In this document: positions 24,094 through 39,000 of the stretch, one piece after another
Layout of the letters: each line of letters starts with the position of its first letter
Numbering within the stretch: position 1 is the stretch's first letter
Source of the DNA: Phoronis australis
Taxonomy: Eukaryota > Animalia > Phoronida
Direction of reading: 5' to 3'
Assembly: GCA_002633005.1 (NCBI GenBank)
Contig: NMRA01000038.1
Coordinates: 581,329 to 645,328 of the forward strand
DNA length: 64,000 nucleotides
Translations under genes and position numbers: made by a program
The notes under the pieces: model-generated
What the model was told of the DNA's origin: nothing
The model's database searches: none
What the model saw: only the letters and a program-made list of their open reading frames with translations

Positions 24094-27000
24094 CTATGCC
24101 ATGTATATAAACATATTGATGTTATTGTCATCCCTGCGGATGTACTTGTGCTCAATCAGCCACTCAATCTGTTCCTTGATCATTTTCTTGGAAGGCAGGA
24201 ACATGTTCTTGAGAATCTCCACTAGCTCCGTCTGTAGGGCAGCGTTGGTCATACGCTTCCTCATCTTCATAATTTTCACTACAGCCTCCTGTAAACAGTA
24301 AGACGGAGTAGTGTTATTACTATGCACCAGGTGGCGAGAATGTCTCATGCACTAATCCGCTCGCCTACATGTCGCTAAAATCGATGACATTTTGTGATTA
24401 CACTCAAATATAGTTCTGCAAAGAGATAATTCACATGTATGGGAAGAAGAAGAAATGAGAACCAGTTATCAAATGCTTTTTGGTCTGAAAATACCACAAG
24501 CAATTACATAGGGAGATAATCTGACAGGATTCCATCTTACGTGCTAGTGCTGGCTGATGAAAGAAATGACATTGTTAAAGTTCAATGCAGCGCCATCTTT
24601 AGTATGACTACAGCGACAATTCTCCAGTTTGATAGTGTGAAAAATTAATCACTTTGCTCAAGGTTGGAGCATGGACCAAATGTCAGACACAAAAAAGATG
24701 AGAATTAGGATTAATGGCAAACGGACTGTCAACTAGATGCTACACAATATGGGGACAAATGAAAATCTTGTGTCAGCGTCTATTTTCTACCACTTTCTTA
24801 ACTGCCAAGTATTCTTTACAAAATGCAGTGCTTGATGTTTGATTAAAGCCAAAAGCACTCATGTCTCAATTTTCAGAATTAAGAAAATTCAATTGTGAGA
24901 AATATAATATTGACTTTACAGATTGAAGTGTTTTCGTTTAAGATTTCCACATCAATTCAATGTTCTATTGATTACCCTCGTCTCATACGGTCTTCTACTT
25001 GTACTTAAGAGAACCTTGCACACCCGCAGTGTTCTTACCTGAACCCTGAGTACCCGCAGTGTTCTTACCTGAACCCTGAGTACCCGCAGTGTTCTGACCT
25101 GAGCCTTGCATACCCAGTGTTCTTACTTGAACCCTAAGTACCCATAATGTTCTTACCTGAACCTTGAGTTCCCATAATGTTCTTACTGTAACCCAGAGTA
25201 CCCACAGTGTTCCAACCTGAACCTTGAGTATCCATAATGTTCTTACTATAACCCTGAGTACCAGCAGTGTTCCTACCTGAACCCTGAGTACCCGCAGGTG
25301 TATAATGCTTTCATTATCCTCCTCCTTAGCTCTCTCTGTTGATAACTGCAGTCTTCCCACCAAGTTAATCTTCCCTCGTTTCTGCTCCTTGCCATTCTTA
25401 CTGCAAAAATAATAAAAACATTACGACTGATCCACAACATAATTACGAATAAGTTGTAAATCAAATATTGATCAGTTACGGCTGAAGTATAGGAAAAAGA
25501 TGTTAGACTGTAAAGTGGCGATCAAGATTGCAATAAAACTCCCAATTGTAATTAGTCAAGAATAGTAATTAAAACAACAATTAACACTGTGACAGTGATT
25601 TAACAATGACCGTGTACACGTAGTTATTCCTTAAATACATTTTTAAATGACGGTAACCTTTGAGCAGCTTTCTGCAAGGAACCTAAACACATTCACATGG
25701 TATTCACTCCTACACTCAAAGTGGTCCAACCCACAGTACTAAAGTTAATTGTTTATTGGCTAAGTATATGTTATCACTGTAATCTAACCAATCAGAGTAC
25801 CTTAGGATGGTTTTAGCTTGAGCAGCCATTTGCAGCGCTCATTTCCAATATTGGCTCTTGGCATGTAGTGATGGACTTAGAAGAGGGATTATTAGCTGGG
25901 CCACGCGGAAAACTCCAGTAAGTAATTTAGTTAAGGCTTAATGTTTACCCTATTCATGAAGGACTGCTGGATATTGTATACCTAGTATTTCATTGTTAAA
26001 ATGTAACATCTGCTTTGTGGTAATTTTTCAAATGCAGGTTCGAGCCCTGTGTGCTAGCCGTATTGAGTAATGTTTTGAGAATATAATTTGGTTCTGTTGT
26101 CTGACAAATTTCATTTCTCGTTTGTAGGTAACTGTCACTTTAAGAATAAAACTGTTAAACGAAGCTGACATGTTTCATTATCGCACACACTAATAGCTAT
26201 ACTTTCCATTACCTCAGAGGAAACCTAAAACTAACTTACATCAGGGCAAACTGTTGGTTAATCCAAAACATTGTGTCATCCTTGAAGTCTTTTAGGGACT
26301 TCACTTCTGGTATGCATAACATGACTTGTCTTTTTAACTTTGGAAAGGCGACTAGAGACTGGAAAATAAAACAAATGCTGTGCATAACATGCTAGTCTTT
26401 TTTAGCATTGAAACTGCAACTATAGGCTGAAAAATAACACAAATGGTGCGCATGACACGACTTGTGTTTTTAACCTTAGAAAGCTAACCAAAGACTAGAA
26501 AATAAGATAAACTAGATATGGACATAATATTGAGACAATGATTTTTGAAATAGTTCTTGGATTAATAACGGGAGTTATATGTTAAAAACAAGACTATGGG
26601 CTAACTTTTGGAGGGTCAATTGTAATTTTCAAGGTTTGCACAGATTCTCAAAAGGACAGCCCAAGAAACTACATTTTGTGAGTAACAGAACATGTTTACT
26701 TCGCATATGAACCATTTTCATTGACACTATAAATTTTTCACAGCAAGAGCTGGTGAATCACACAATCAACTTGGAATCCATGACTCACAACTATTTTGTA
26801 GCTTAGCAACCCAAAGAGAAACTGATTCAGAAATTAAATATACTGAGAGCTAGTACATTTCACATTCACTTGATACTCAATATTAATATAGGACACAAAC
26901 TTCCTTGCAGCTTCATGGAAAGACCAACACCTTGATGGAAACAGGTTCACAAACTGTGATTCTTGTGAACGAGAAAAGGTTAAAAATCAATAGCATTCCC

Positions 27001-30000
27001 AAAGCAAGTATCTTTTACCCATAGTGCCTTTCTAAGTTCTGTGTCAGGCAGCTCTGTAGCTAACCGCAGACTTTCATATGACAGCCTCTCTTTTGGCCTT
27101 TGGTTCCACGAAAATAGCACTGCCATTTGAAAGGTGGTGACCTCGACATCAAATTTTCCCACTTCATTGCTAAACGTAATCTGAAATATAACACAAAGGG
27201 CATGATGAGGCTGATCAATGTTAAGACCAAGGTCAAGAAAATGACAAATTTATAAACCAGGTTCGTTTTTACGTCATACATTCAAATCATGCGTTCTATA
27301 ATTTCTAGCTGAAGCAGATCCCAGGTTTCACTCAAAAGATCTCCATCACTTGTTGCTGGGCCTAGCAAGGTGGCCACTATATTCTCTCTTCTGATGATGG
27401 TGTTTGAATAAATGAAACTGAAACATGTCAAGTCAATTTAAAACCGTAGTTGTTTTTATTAATATTTCACTCAAAAGCCGCACATTAGCTAAAATTCAAC
27501 TCAGATTAGGACAGTCACGAGTTTTTAAAATCGTAAACGAGATTGACTTAACCACCAAATTTTGACGACAAGAGCAAACCTTCACAGCAACAACGGCCAC
27601 TTTGCGCAACTCATTCGATTGTTTTTTTTTTGGGTGTGAAGAGTTGTGCAAGGGTGTGCACAGAATGTGACACACAAATTGCAAAAATCTGTGCAAAATC
27701 ATCACAGCTGAAACTGTCACAACTTTCACACACTAATACAGTACTTTTACAAAGCAGTGAAGATACACTGCACTATTTACAGCATTTTGGTTTTGGCTAA
27801 AATGGTGCGCAGAAGACAAAACTACAGTGAGATAGTTTACAAGACTTACTTTGCTGTTAGACAACAGATGGTGCCACTGTAAATACTCACTTTGCCACTG
27901 ACAACAGATGGCGTCACTACAGCATACACCCATCACTAAGGTTTTCATGAATAGTACATGATATGAAGTTGTCAGTGCAAGTAGTGATGAGCAACCAGTG
28001 TTTTATTTCAGTGTAAGCAGATGACACATATATCCTTGAGAATTAAGTCACTTCCATGTAATATTAGCCAATTGCAATTTAGTCTACAAATGTTTAAGCA
28101 ACAGTTAGCTAGGTTGATAGTGATTGACCTATATGAAAAGGTTGCTACACAGAATGAAAAGGCAATTTAGCACCAATCTCTGGTCTGGGATGTGCACATA
28201 TGCTTTTCAAAGATCCACGAAAAAGGTTTATGTTGGACAATATGTGGTGTTGCTTTCACTCACTATGCTTTTAGACAACAGGAGGAGCCACTGTCAATAA
28301 TATTCACTATGCTGTTGGACAACAGGTGCCACAGTTAATAACACTCACTATGCCGTTGGACATCAGATGGTGCCACTGTAACTTCCTGCCACTGTGCTTC
28401 TGTCGGTAGAATTCCTCCACATTAGGAATATACTCTTCCAACTCCCGCGGCAGGGTGACGCTGACACGGTCACTACTACGCGCCCATGCCCCGGCATTAA
28501 GTATCTTTATATTTACAGAATCTGAAAAGAAAACAGTACATTGCAAATTTTGCAGTTTAGAAATGTGTATCAAGATATGAAGCAAGATCAAAGCACAAAA
28601 ACTTTATTCTTGTGGACTTAACATGTGCAGAGCGTTGAATCACTTCCCTGATCTCATATTCATCAATTGCTATCCCACAAAACTAAAACATTTTACATAT
28701 CAGGACGGGCTCAAAGTTTTGGCTGTGAAATAATCAACTGAATACTTTGAATAATGAAACATGAACAACCTAATATCTTAATATAAGACAAATAAAATAC
28801 ACTGGTTAAGAAAAAAATATAATTTCATTTCTAATACACATACACTATAGTTCAGTCACAATGAGAACTGTCAAGTAATTAGCTGCTGAGACTTAACTGT
28901 TATCATTTATTTTGGAAATAGACCAGTTAAGTTGCGAAGAACACGCATCTGTAAAAAACACTTGATTGAGATTACTCAGTGTTAAAAAATGTTCTCAGAT
29001 AGGTAGTCTCTTACCCACACTAGAAGTTATGTCAAGGTAGTCTCTTACCCACACTAGAAGTTATGTCAAGGTAGTCTCTTACCCATACTAGAAGTTATGT
29101 CAAGGTAGTCTCTTACCCACACTAGAAGTTATGTCAAGGTTTGGAAAGAACTGACATTCATAACTGCTTGAGTAGGCATAAAATGACTCACCAAGTCAAG
29201 CCAACTCAATGAATCTGGTTTCAAGCACTAATGAAATGGCGCTTGTTCCCAAGCCAGAAATCACTTGTAATCTGACTATGAGACAATTTAACACCAATTT
29301 TAAAACAGTAAGTGGTGCAAATCAAAATTTTTGACAGAGATGGATGAGTAGCAGCTCTCACACACTAGAGACTTTAACTCAGTGAAATTACATATTTACT
29401 GGAAGTAGAAAACTGATAGAATTTGGTTCTAGAAATATACCAATCTGTCATTAATTGTGTCGTATGACCAATTCTTTTTGGTAAAGTTTAGCAACGAAGA
29501 AAAGTACATTGGCAAAACAACGGTATCAATAACATGTCTTGCTTGATATAAATCTTAAGATCAAATCTCAAAACTGCTGTTACAGTTTTCTAATTTATCG
29601 TTTCCAATTTGTTTTATGCAATTTTTTTTTTTTCATAAAAATCATTAAGTGATATCTCTTAAGAGTCCCACATGCAAAAAGGTCCTAACAGCGTTTTGGA
29701 GAACAATGCATAAATCATAGCATCTGAGAGTTTCATAAGAATCTGAGCAGCCATTTCTCAGACATGATTTCTAAAGTTAACCAAATTTGGTCATTTTTCC
29801 AGGGTCCTCCATAACCGTAAGTCCATACAAGCACATCAGATCTCACCTGCTATACTGTCATTGTTGTTCCGATGTAGATCTTTGAACTCCTGGTTGAGAT
29901 CTTCACTAACTTTGATATCTTGAAACATTCGCGCTAGTTTATTTACATAATCAGCCGGCATGCCGACTTCCTGTGGAAAGAATAAAGGACAAAACAATTT

Positions 30001-33000
30001 TGAATTGTTTCAGTTAACATCCTCTTAACAGGCTGCAAACCTGGTGCTCAAAGAATTAATGAACACCCAAAATCAATCTATGAGAGAGCATTAATTTTTA
30101 AATCGTATATCACAAATTCGCAATGTGCATATAAGTCTCAAGAACAACAGTTGGTCTGCAAAATTGCATGCTCTATAAAGTTTCTATATCAGTCAATTTT
30201 AGTTAAGGTAAGTAAAGAAGATATTTTATAATAAATAAATGTCAATTTACAAAATTCACAAAATCACAAAGTTACACAAAGACTATCTGAACACAGATTC
30301 CAAACAATCTGCTATGATAGTAGGTACAGTAAAATCTCACCAGTTTATTTCACAATGTTTAGAGAATTTGTGAGCATTCGCAACAATGTCTTGATAAGAT
30401 GAAAAAACACAAAGTTTGGCGATTACATTTGTCCGAAATTGGTGAGATTTTGGTGTAGACAAATAACTAAGATTTACAGGGGGACTAACTCCAACTCTAC
30501 ATCACCACATCACTCACCCTCAGCTACTCCACAATATTTTTACAGGGGGACTAACTCTAACTCTACATCACCACATCACTCACCCTCAGCTACTCCACAA
30601 TATTTTTACAGGGGGACTAACTCCAACTCTACATCACCACATCACTCACCCTCAGCCACTCCACCATATTCTCCTCCTTTTCACTGTCTGCCGATGTGTC
30701 CAGTATGAGGCGCCGTGTTAAGTGAGCTTTGTGGTACCTCATGAATACATCTTTGTTAGTTACATACTTCAGCACCAAGAGCTGAAAAAGAAAAAGTGTG
30801 CAAGCTGCAGAATAAGCCGACACTGCAGCATTTATCTGCGTCTAAATTCAACGTAAGACACACAGAGTTAGTAACTTCAAAACTTTTCACAAAAATGAGC
30901 TGTGGTTCATGTGCTTGAGACAATGAAAAACACGTCTGCTATTTTATGTGTCCAGCAGGGTTTCAACCAACAACAATCTGTCTGCCCAAAAGTGACTTAA
31001 AGGTTGAAGTAGAGCCTGTCCCAAAAATATACTAACGATTTCAAATAATAGCATTATTTATTGACTTTAGGGCAAGCTTACTGGCTTAAACTCGCAACAA
31101 GGTGACCAAAAAGGAATCAAGCCTTTAAAACAAAATAAATGCTAGGTCGATTAACTCCAAAACTGAGTTGTGTGTTTGCCATTCCCATGTACAGAGAAAA
31201 CATGACTGCTCACGCGCCCACATTCACAGCACGGCATCATCATACAATAGGCCCAGGTGCACAATCTGACCCACTGGAACTGAATTTGTCCGAAGTGTGA
31301 GTACATTTTTTTGGCCACCCTGTATGTTGGGACCAGTTATTCAACAGGAAGTGGTGCAAATAAAAGGTACTATTTAACAGAATACAGGATTTGCAACAGC
31401 TTAAATCACTTAAAAACCACAGCATTAAGACAAAAAACGGATGCATTGTTCATGCCTACCACATCGCGGAGTTTCTTTTCAACTTCTTCTGACGTCAGTT
31501 TCTTGCTGAGTGGAGTTTTGCGTAGTAACAAGTCACAGTAGTTCGCCAACAGCTCAGGGCATTTGGACTCCGGCAGTGTCTTAGCACCAACTCTGAAATG
31601 TATCATCATCAGGATATCCACTGAGTGTCTGATGAAAAAGCTTGATTTTTCTAAGGAAATATAGGTTTAGTTTTTATAGCAACTTGTGCAAACTATGGTG
31701 AAAATTTCTCCATTAGAGACAAAAAATAATTGCTAAAATTGCCACATTTCTATTTTTCAGAGGCTTACCACATTGTAGTAAATGCTCAAAAATTTTCCAA
31801 ATGTTGTAAGGTAATAGCGACGTCATACAAATCGTGCTAAATTTTCCTGAAAAATTCCTTTTGTAGAGAAACTTGACATAATGAAACTTCACCTGTCCAC
31901 CATATAGCGTCCCAAACTGAAGAATTATACAGTAACTGACAACACAAGAGTTCTTACCCTTTATTTTTAGCAGGTAACTCTAACTTGAACACCTGAGTAT
32001 CATTCACAACAAGTCGATATGCCTGAAATGGAAAATAAAGAGTTACACACCAAGTCATCTGACAATACTGACGTGTTAGAAAATTCTCTCTGGTCACAAT
32101 TAAGCAGAAGTTTAAATGAAAATTACTACGCTGCCAGGCTCATTACGTGTCCTTTGAGAACCAATCAATTTTGTGAAAATCAATTTTGTGAAAATCAATT
32201 CTTGTACAACTGAGAACTTTTAAGCATTATTTCACAACCTTAAGAACAGATTCGTTGTTGCTGTGAAGTGTGTATAGACCAAGCAGATTCCGTAGGCAAG
32301 CAGTTTCACCAAAACTGGTAGGTGCAGGTTTGTAAACGTTGACAACTGAACAGCCGTAATCAGTCTGTGGTAAGTTTCACTGAGCAACCTTTCCCCAGAC
32401 ACAAAAAGTGATTTCCTTAAGTAAATTGAAGGCAATTTTTCAGTATTGCAGCACAAATTTGCGAGGTGACAACGGTAACAAAGCAACCAATCTTTCTTTT
32501 CAAGTGACCACAATTCTTCTCATTTTCAAAACAAACAGCAACAAGCGTTGCTTACCTTGTCTCTTGACGTGAGAAAGTTAGGATCATCATTGAAGGCCTC
32601 CTTCACTAACTTACTAAACCTGTTGAACAGCTCAAGCAGCTGGTCAACATACTTTTCAGAGTCCTGGAAAAAGAAAGACAATCCTGTTATCCATCTTAGC
32701 CCTCGACTTTTGTTGTTCACAGTAACCAATTTTACGTCCATGAAATTATCTTTCTGTCTGAAGACTAGCATGAAAGTTTTTTCTGAAATGTTAAGGCCCT
32801 GGTGCCTGGTTCACTAAAATCTTGTAACTTTACTACGTATGTCTTGCACAGTCTAAGTGGAGACTTACGACCAGTCGTACATCCTGGCGTCAATCTCCGT
32901 TTAGACTCCTATGAATCCATCTTCTGCCAAAGGCATTTAGATCACTCCCCGTCTCAGATTAGAAGTGATTTCTGGGATTGGGAAGAAAGAGCATGCTCAG

Positions 33001-36000
33001 TGCACAAAATGGCCGCCATGCTCAGTGTACAAAATGGCCGCCATGCTCAGTGCACAAAATGGCCACCTGGTCAAGATAAATTACCGAATGTGGTCTAGAG
33101 CACTAAATGATATATAAGTTCTTCCAAAGCCAAGAAGAAATCCCTTCTAATCTGAGTAAAGAACAATTTGAGACTGCATTCATAAACTTAACGGGTTTAA
33201 ATCAAAAGTTATTTTTGAAATAAAACAGATTCATAGCCTTTTTTGGCTTTGTCACCATCTCTGCTCAGGCCCAATACAGTACATAGCAAGTTCACAACAA
33301 ACAGGCTAAAGACTGCATTTGGTTCCTCATGGGAAATTTAGGACCCGCCACAGAAGAAACTTCAACATTCCCCAGCATTCCTATGAACCTTACAGTTGTG
33401 ATGGTTTCTGCAGCGGCGACCATATCAGCGAGGCCAGCATTGTATATATGGTCCTCCAGATCTTTTAACATGGGCCCAATGCCGTCAGGAACACGGTTCA
33501 TTAAACTAAACATGAGTCGTAACCCTGCAAAATCAACACAGAGAGTAAGTTAACAACATAAACACACATATTTCAAGACTTAAAGATCAGGGCTTGGAAT
33601 GACCAATGACAAAAAACGCGGAAACTTTTACAGCCCAAATCATGCGTGCTACCCAGCCTTGAAATGGTCGATGTGAACCTTTCCCCGACAAAAATAGGGA
33701 GGACTAAAATAAAAAAAACCATCAGTAGCATGCGTCTGCATCTTTTTAGCTCGTCCGTCCACTCCCAACCCACACATTTTTGGCTGCAGAGCCATAGTAT
33801 TTGTCGCCGCGGTTTACAATAACACGAGACGCCATTGAAAATCCCACCACGCTATCCCAGATGCCCCGGCAATGTTGACAATTTACGTTCCTCCGAAACA
33901 TAAAGAGCAACTTCCGCTTTTCGAGGTGAACGTCGTCTGCGCGGTAAGAAATGAATTTGCCGCGGAAATTTTATATCAAATCCGATTTTTTTTACTTGGA
34001 AATATAATAAAATGCGCGGACAGAACATTTGAAAAAAGCGGAAATCCGCGTTTCCGCGGAAAATTCCAAGCCCTGAAAGATATACTCCTTGACATGCTAA
34101 TCGGAGAAAAGTGGCTTAGCTTGAACAGCTATAAAACAGTTGGGCAGCAGTGACATTGCTTGACATGACATTCCACTTTAATCACAGTTAACTGTAATGA
34201 CAGAACATAAAAAATTCTTGAATTAAAAAGATTCAATTTTTGTACTTAACGAAACTATTAGCCTCTCAGCAACCCGTCATCTTTGCAACTGACCCAGGTC
34301 AAGAAAACAGGTCCATTAGGTATGTTTGAGGAGCTGAACAAGGTAATTAATATCGAAGAAAAGTATGAATAGTTTAGGAAAAAAGGAAAATCGTGGCAGA
34401 TCAAGGAATGTACCTTTAATATAAAAAATTGAATGAAGCTTATGTGAAAACTAATGTACCACTGTAATTCAGATATTTCATACAAAAATAATTGTTGCAT
34501 TCTAGTTTTTTTTCCATTTCTGAACAGCAACCAACAACTTCGCAACTAATAATTGCAATGTTCTTTTCTAACTCAAAAACAAAACTCCTCGTGTAACCTA
34601 CAGAGTGTGCAGACGAGGGCAAACAGTGACGCTAGGAGCCGTGACTTACGATCTGTCTCGTTACTCCTGATCATAGCTGCACACTCGGCCAGAATTGTCT
34701 CTTTAAATGCAGTCACAAGTACATTGACGCAACACTCTGTCAGCTGAAAATGTGAATAGAAATATTTCCCATAAATTATTGCAATAACTGAAATGTAAGC
34801 AAAAACGTCAACCAGATAGACATACAAATCAATTCCATTATGGAAGTTATATTTTGAGGATGCAAGCAACAAAAAATTGATGCCACGCAAAATCTCAGAA
34901 ATTTCAGTAAAAAATCGTAAAATGTCTCCTTCTCATTTTTAAAGAGTTTCAAAAATTCATAATGAACACAATTTTCTGGTGATAGCTATCCAACAGAACA
35001 TAAAACTGATAACATGTGGAGCTTTCCATAGATCAAGTACCTTGTGAAAAAAGTGATATCATGTAAACCTAGGCGAGAGAAAGGCAAAGGTTTTATGACT
35101 ATACTCAAAACATTCATTTATATAGGCTCAGAACCTTACCACCTTTATCAAAATGGCAGCCACCGAAATGATTGGCCAGTGAGGTTGGAATGCTGAAATA
35201 TGGGATAGAATTCCTTCAGCATGGGATAGAATTCACTGTTCAAAATCCTGGTGGAGACTATTCGCTGCAAGTGTATGGCTAATGTATTAGATCTAAGGAA
35301 CAAGTGTTAACCGAATGTATTGGGTCTACGGAACACAGCCCTGGGGCAAAAGTTGATTTTTTTGTCTTAGGCTTTTAGTCTGCTCCCTAGCAGTCTGTGG
35401 ATTTCTGTTTTTTGGCTTCAAATCGTAGACAGATTTTCTGACTTTCTGCCTAAGCCTGATTTCGTAAAACAGACAAAAACATCTGTAGATTGACTTTTTG
35501 TCAAAATTCAAAAGACGATAATCTCCGAGAAACACCCCCTGCTGCACCAAATCCTCCGTGACTAATAAAGAAACAATATTTTGCTGGTTTGCCACAGTGC
35601 CTTGAGGTGGCGCTATTTTACAGTAACTACACGTACCACGGCCACAGAGTCACATCCCTTCCTCATCTCCAGATATCTCCTCGCTCTCTGTTCCTCTTCC
35701 TTTAGCTTACAATCGGCGTACTTCATGTAATTCTGCACCCCATTTTCAGCCAGGTACTGAGGGGCCTTACTCCTGTAGAACGCCTCCGTTGCCTCGATGT
35801 ACGCCCGCTCAAAGTTCTCCCTGTAAATCTTCAACTTGTCCTCTGAGTCTGAACTTAGATTGACTGTAGGAAAAATAAAATAGAAGATCTTAAAAATAAT
35901 GCTATGCTAATGAATTCATATTAAGTTAGTTTCTCAAGTTGCATATATCAAATACTAATATGTCTAATTTTTCACAAAGATAGCATTCAGTGGCCACCAG

Positions 36001-39000
36001 GTGGACCCCGCATCTATTCTCGTTTACAACCAAACCTAATGTGAAGAAAGAGAAACCATAAAAGTTTCACACCTTTTCAATCTACGTTCAACTTGAGGGA
36101 GGTATTGCACTGTTTTGTAAATTAAAAAGTTTAAAAATTCATTTTTGGAAGAAAGCAAGAATCGTAGCATCCTACTCTGACTACATTTTCACAAACTTTA
36201 TCTGCCAACTAAATCAAAACTTCATGAGGTTTAAATGTTGCCTAATGATACAATGTAGAAACTGGTAGTTCTGAACAGGTTGGTAAAAGAGTGCCTTTTG
36301 CACCATTTGTATTCATACCTGATGAACAGCCGCACCCATTAAAGCTTGAAAGCTAATAATTTTTACTAGTTTTTACGTCATCTAATTTTACTCGGTCTCG
36401 ACACATGTTATTTTTAACTAACGGTCCCAGAAACTCTTAACAACGCCAAGTGATGAGACGTAATGAAATTAACGCATTTCAATCAAAACCAAAACAGAAG
36501 AAAATAATTGGTCTACAGCACAACACAACACAACACAGAAAAAAAATATTCATTTGTAGCTTCCTCCAGCCCTATGCAGCCTCAGGACCCCACTAGAGTC
36601 ATGACACAAAACAGGCAAACAGTCCTAACTACACACTACCTCCCACTTACCATACGACTCCCTCACTCCAATCACCAGTTGGGTGTCAAATGCTTCGCCG
36701 TTCCTTTCGGCCAGGACTAGTTTCATTGCACTATCTTGCAGCCTGCCTTTATTGTTGGCAAATATACTCTGATTCCAGCTGTCTAACATTAACTGTGGAA
36801 AGAATGAGGAAAGTAGTGTCAGCAGATGACTGCTGGTTTATCACAAGTATCAACTCTACTATGTTACAGGAATTCATCCGAAAAATACAACCGTTATTGA
36901 TTTTACGTTTACGGCAAAAATTCTATAATTTGGGACAGTGAAAAATTAATTATTTTGTTCAAGGTCACAGCTTGTCCCACATTCTAGATAATAAGCAATA
37001 TTGGCTGTCTCAATTTCAAGAATCACCGGAAAGACGACAAAATTACCCATGTCCGAAATTTTAGAATAAAACTGGTAGTGCATACAAAAAATTTTCAGTT
37101 TGGGTTATGCTTTGCATACCATCAGTAGTCATATCATCAGCAGCTGTGTGATTTAAGAGCGATTTGGTGATTAAATTCCAGTGGAGCATTGAAATGCGCC
37201 CATGACTGTACCCCAAACAAAACTAGGAGAAGCCAATGTGACTTTTGTGCTCTCAAAACCCTAAATCAATGTGTGAATTTTGTTTCCTGTTAGCTTACCT
37301 TTCTGACAATGGACTCTTCCGTCTGACTCTTCTTCTGCATACTACTGTGTGCCTTGCCGGCCAGTGAAGTCTCAAGCTGTCCAAATGGTTTAGGTAGGTA
37401 GTTGCACTGGGTGAAGAACTTGCCCCACTCAGCAATGTAAGCCTTGAGCAGGGCTGAGTCTTCTGCATGCTGAAGCACCCTCTATGGGGAAGATGGAGAA
37501 AATAACTACTATATTACAAAGCATCACGGCAAGGCATTTGTTTTTCGAGACCATCGGCTAAATTGCTTTTATCTGATCTTAATGACAATACAACCCTTAT
37601 GGGGAAGAAAACCGCAAACCTAAGAAATAGTTGCCATGTAAAAATACAGTATTCTGTTTGTCAAAATATAATTTATATGTACAATGGTCCCCACGACTTG
37701 TTTCAGTGTGTGGCTGTGACCAGTTTGCCAGCACGTGGGACCTGTTTGAAAAAAATAGTGAACAGTTTGGAACAAAGGCATCACTACTAACAACGATGTC
37801 TTTACTTCTTTAACAAGCTATATGGCCAATTGGAACTGCACGAAATTAGTGGTAACAAGACAGGTAAACGTGCACATAAGATAGCACAACTGCAAGAACA
37901 TATACTACAGAGAACACCAATCAATGTACGCTTCTGACACCTTTGTCGCAAGTGATCCACTTATGGCACATTGGGTTTCTTCTGTTGTGGAGAAGTCCTG
38001 ATGTATCAAGGGCTGATTAACCCAAGTGAGTACAATGCTGCTTAAATGAACTGCTCTGGTCTAAAGCCTCCAGGCAATTTACGTGAAAACGTGCAAACAA
38101 GCGCCGCTGTGACAGCCAAGAGAAAATTATTGTTTAATATCCAGGGTCTGCGATGGCAAAAATGGTTCATTTTTTATATCCAGGGTTCTAGTTACATAAG
38201 TTTGCGGCGGACATTTTACACAGCTGATTGGTAATCACACTTAACAGCTGCCGTACCATTGTCTGAGTTAAATATAAACTAACCATAAGAAAACCTTCAT
38301 CACCAAGGCTAACTACAAAATGTGGAATCACAGTATGACATGTAAAGTGCCCCATTTACATAAACTAACCATAAGAAAACCTTCATCAGCAAGACTAACT
38401 GCAAAATGTGGAATCACAGTCTAACAAGTAAAGTGTCACACTTTGTAGTTAGCCTTGCTTATATAGGTTTTCTCGATTCATGGACACCCTGTATTAGGGC
38501 GAGCATTCTTCTTGGTCTTGAAATTGGCAATAGAGCTGTTGAAACATGTTGGCTATTGCAACATTATGTACTTTACTCAGTTGTTGAGACAATCATTTGT
38601 GGAAGTGATTTAGGACAAACTAACCATAAGTTAACCATAAGTTAACCATAAGGTAACTATAAGCTAAAAGAAAAGCAGCAGAGAGACCAAAAATTGGAGA
38701 AAAATTAGCAGGAAATCACAACAGAATCTGCAATATTTGCATCAAATTTTTACCGATTTCAAAGAATGAAATATTTATTTTTTTGGAAATTGTTATTATT
38801 GAATTCAGTGCTCTGACTATCTCTCCTACATACTGTTTTAAACCGACCAGTGCTCTGACTATCTCTCCTACATACTGTTTTAAACTGACCAGTGGCCATT
38901 GCTTATAACACCACGCCACCACCAGCACCAACAAATCAATAAATAGTTCATATAATGAAATGTACTCGTTTACGGGTATTATAGTACGCCAAAGTAAACA

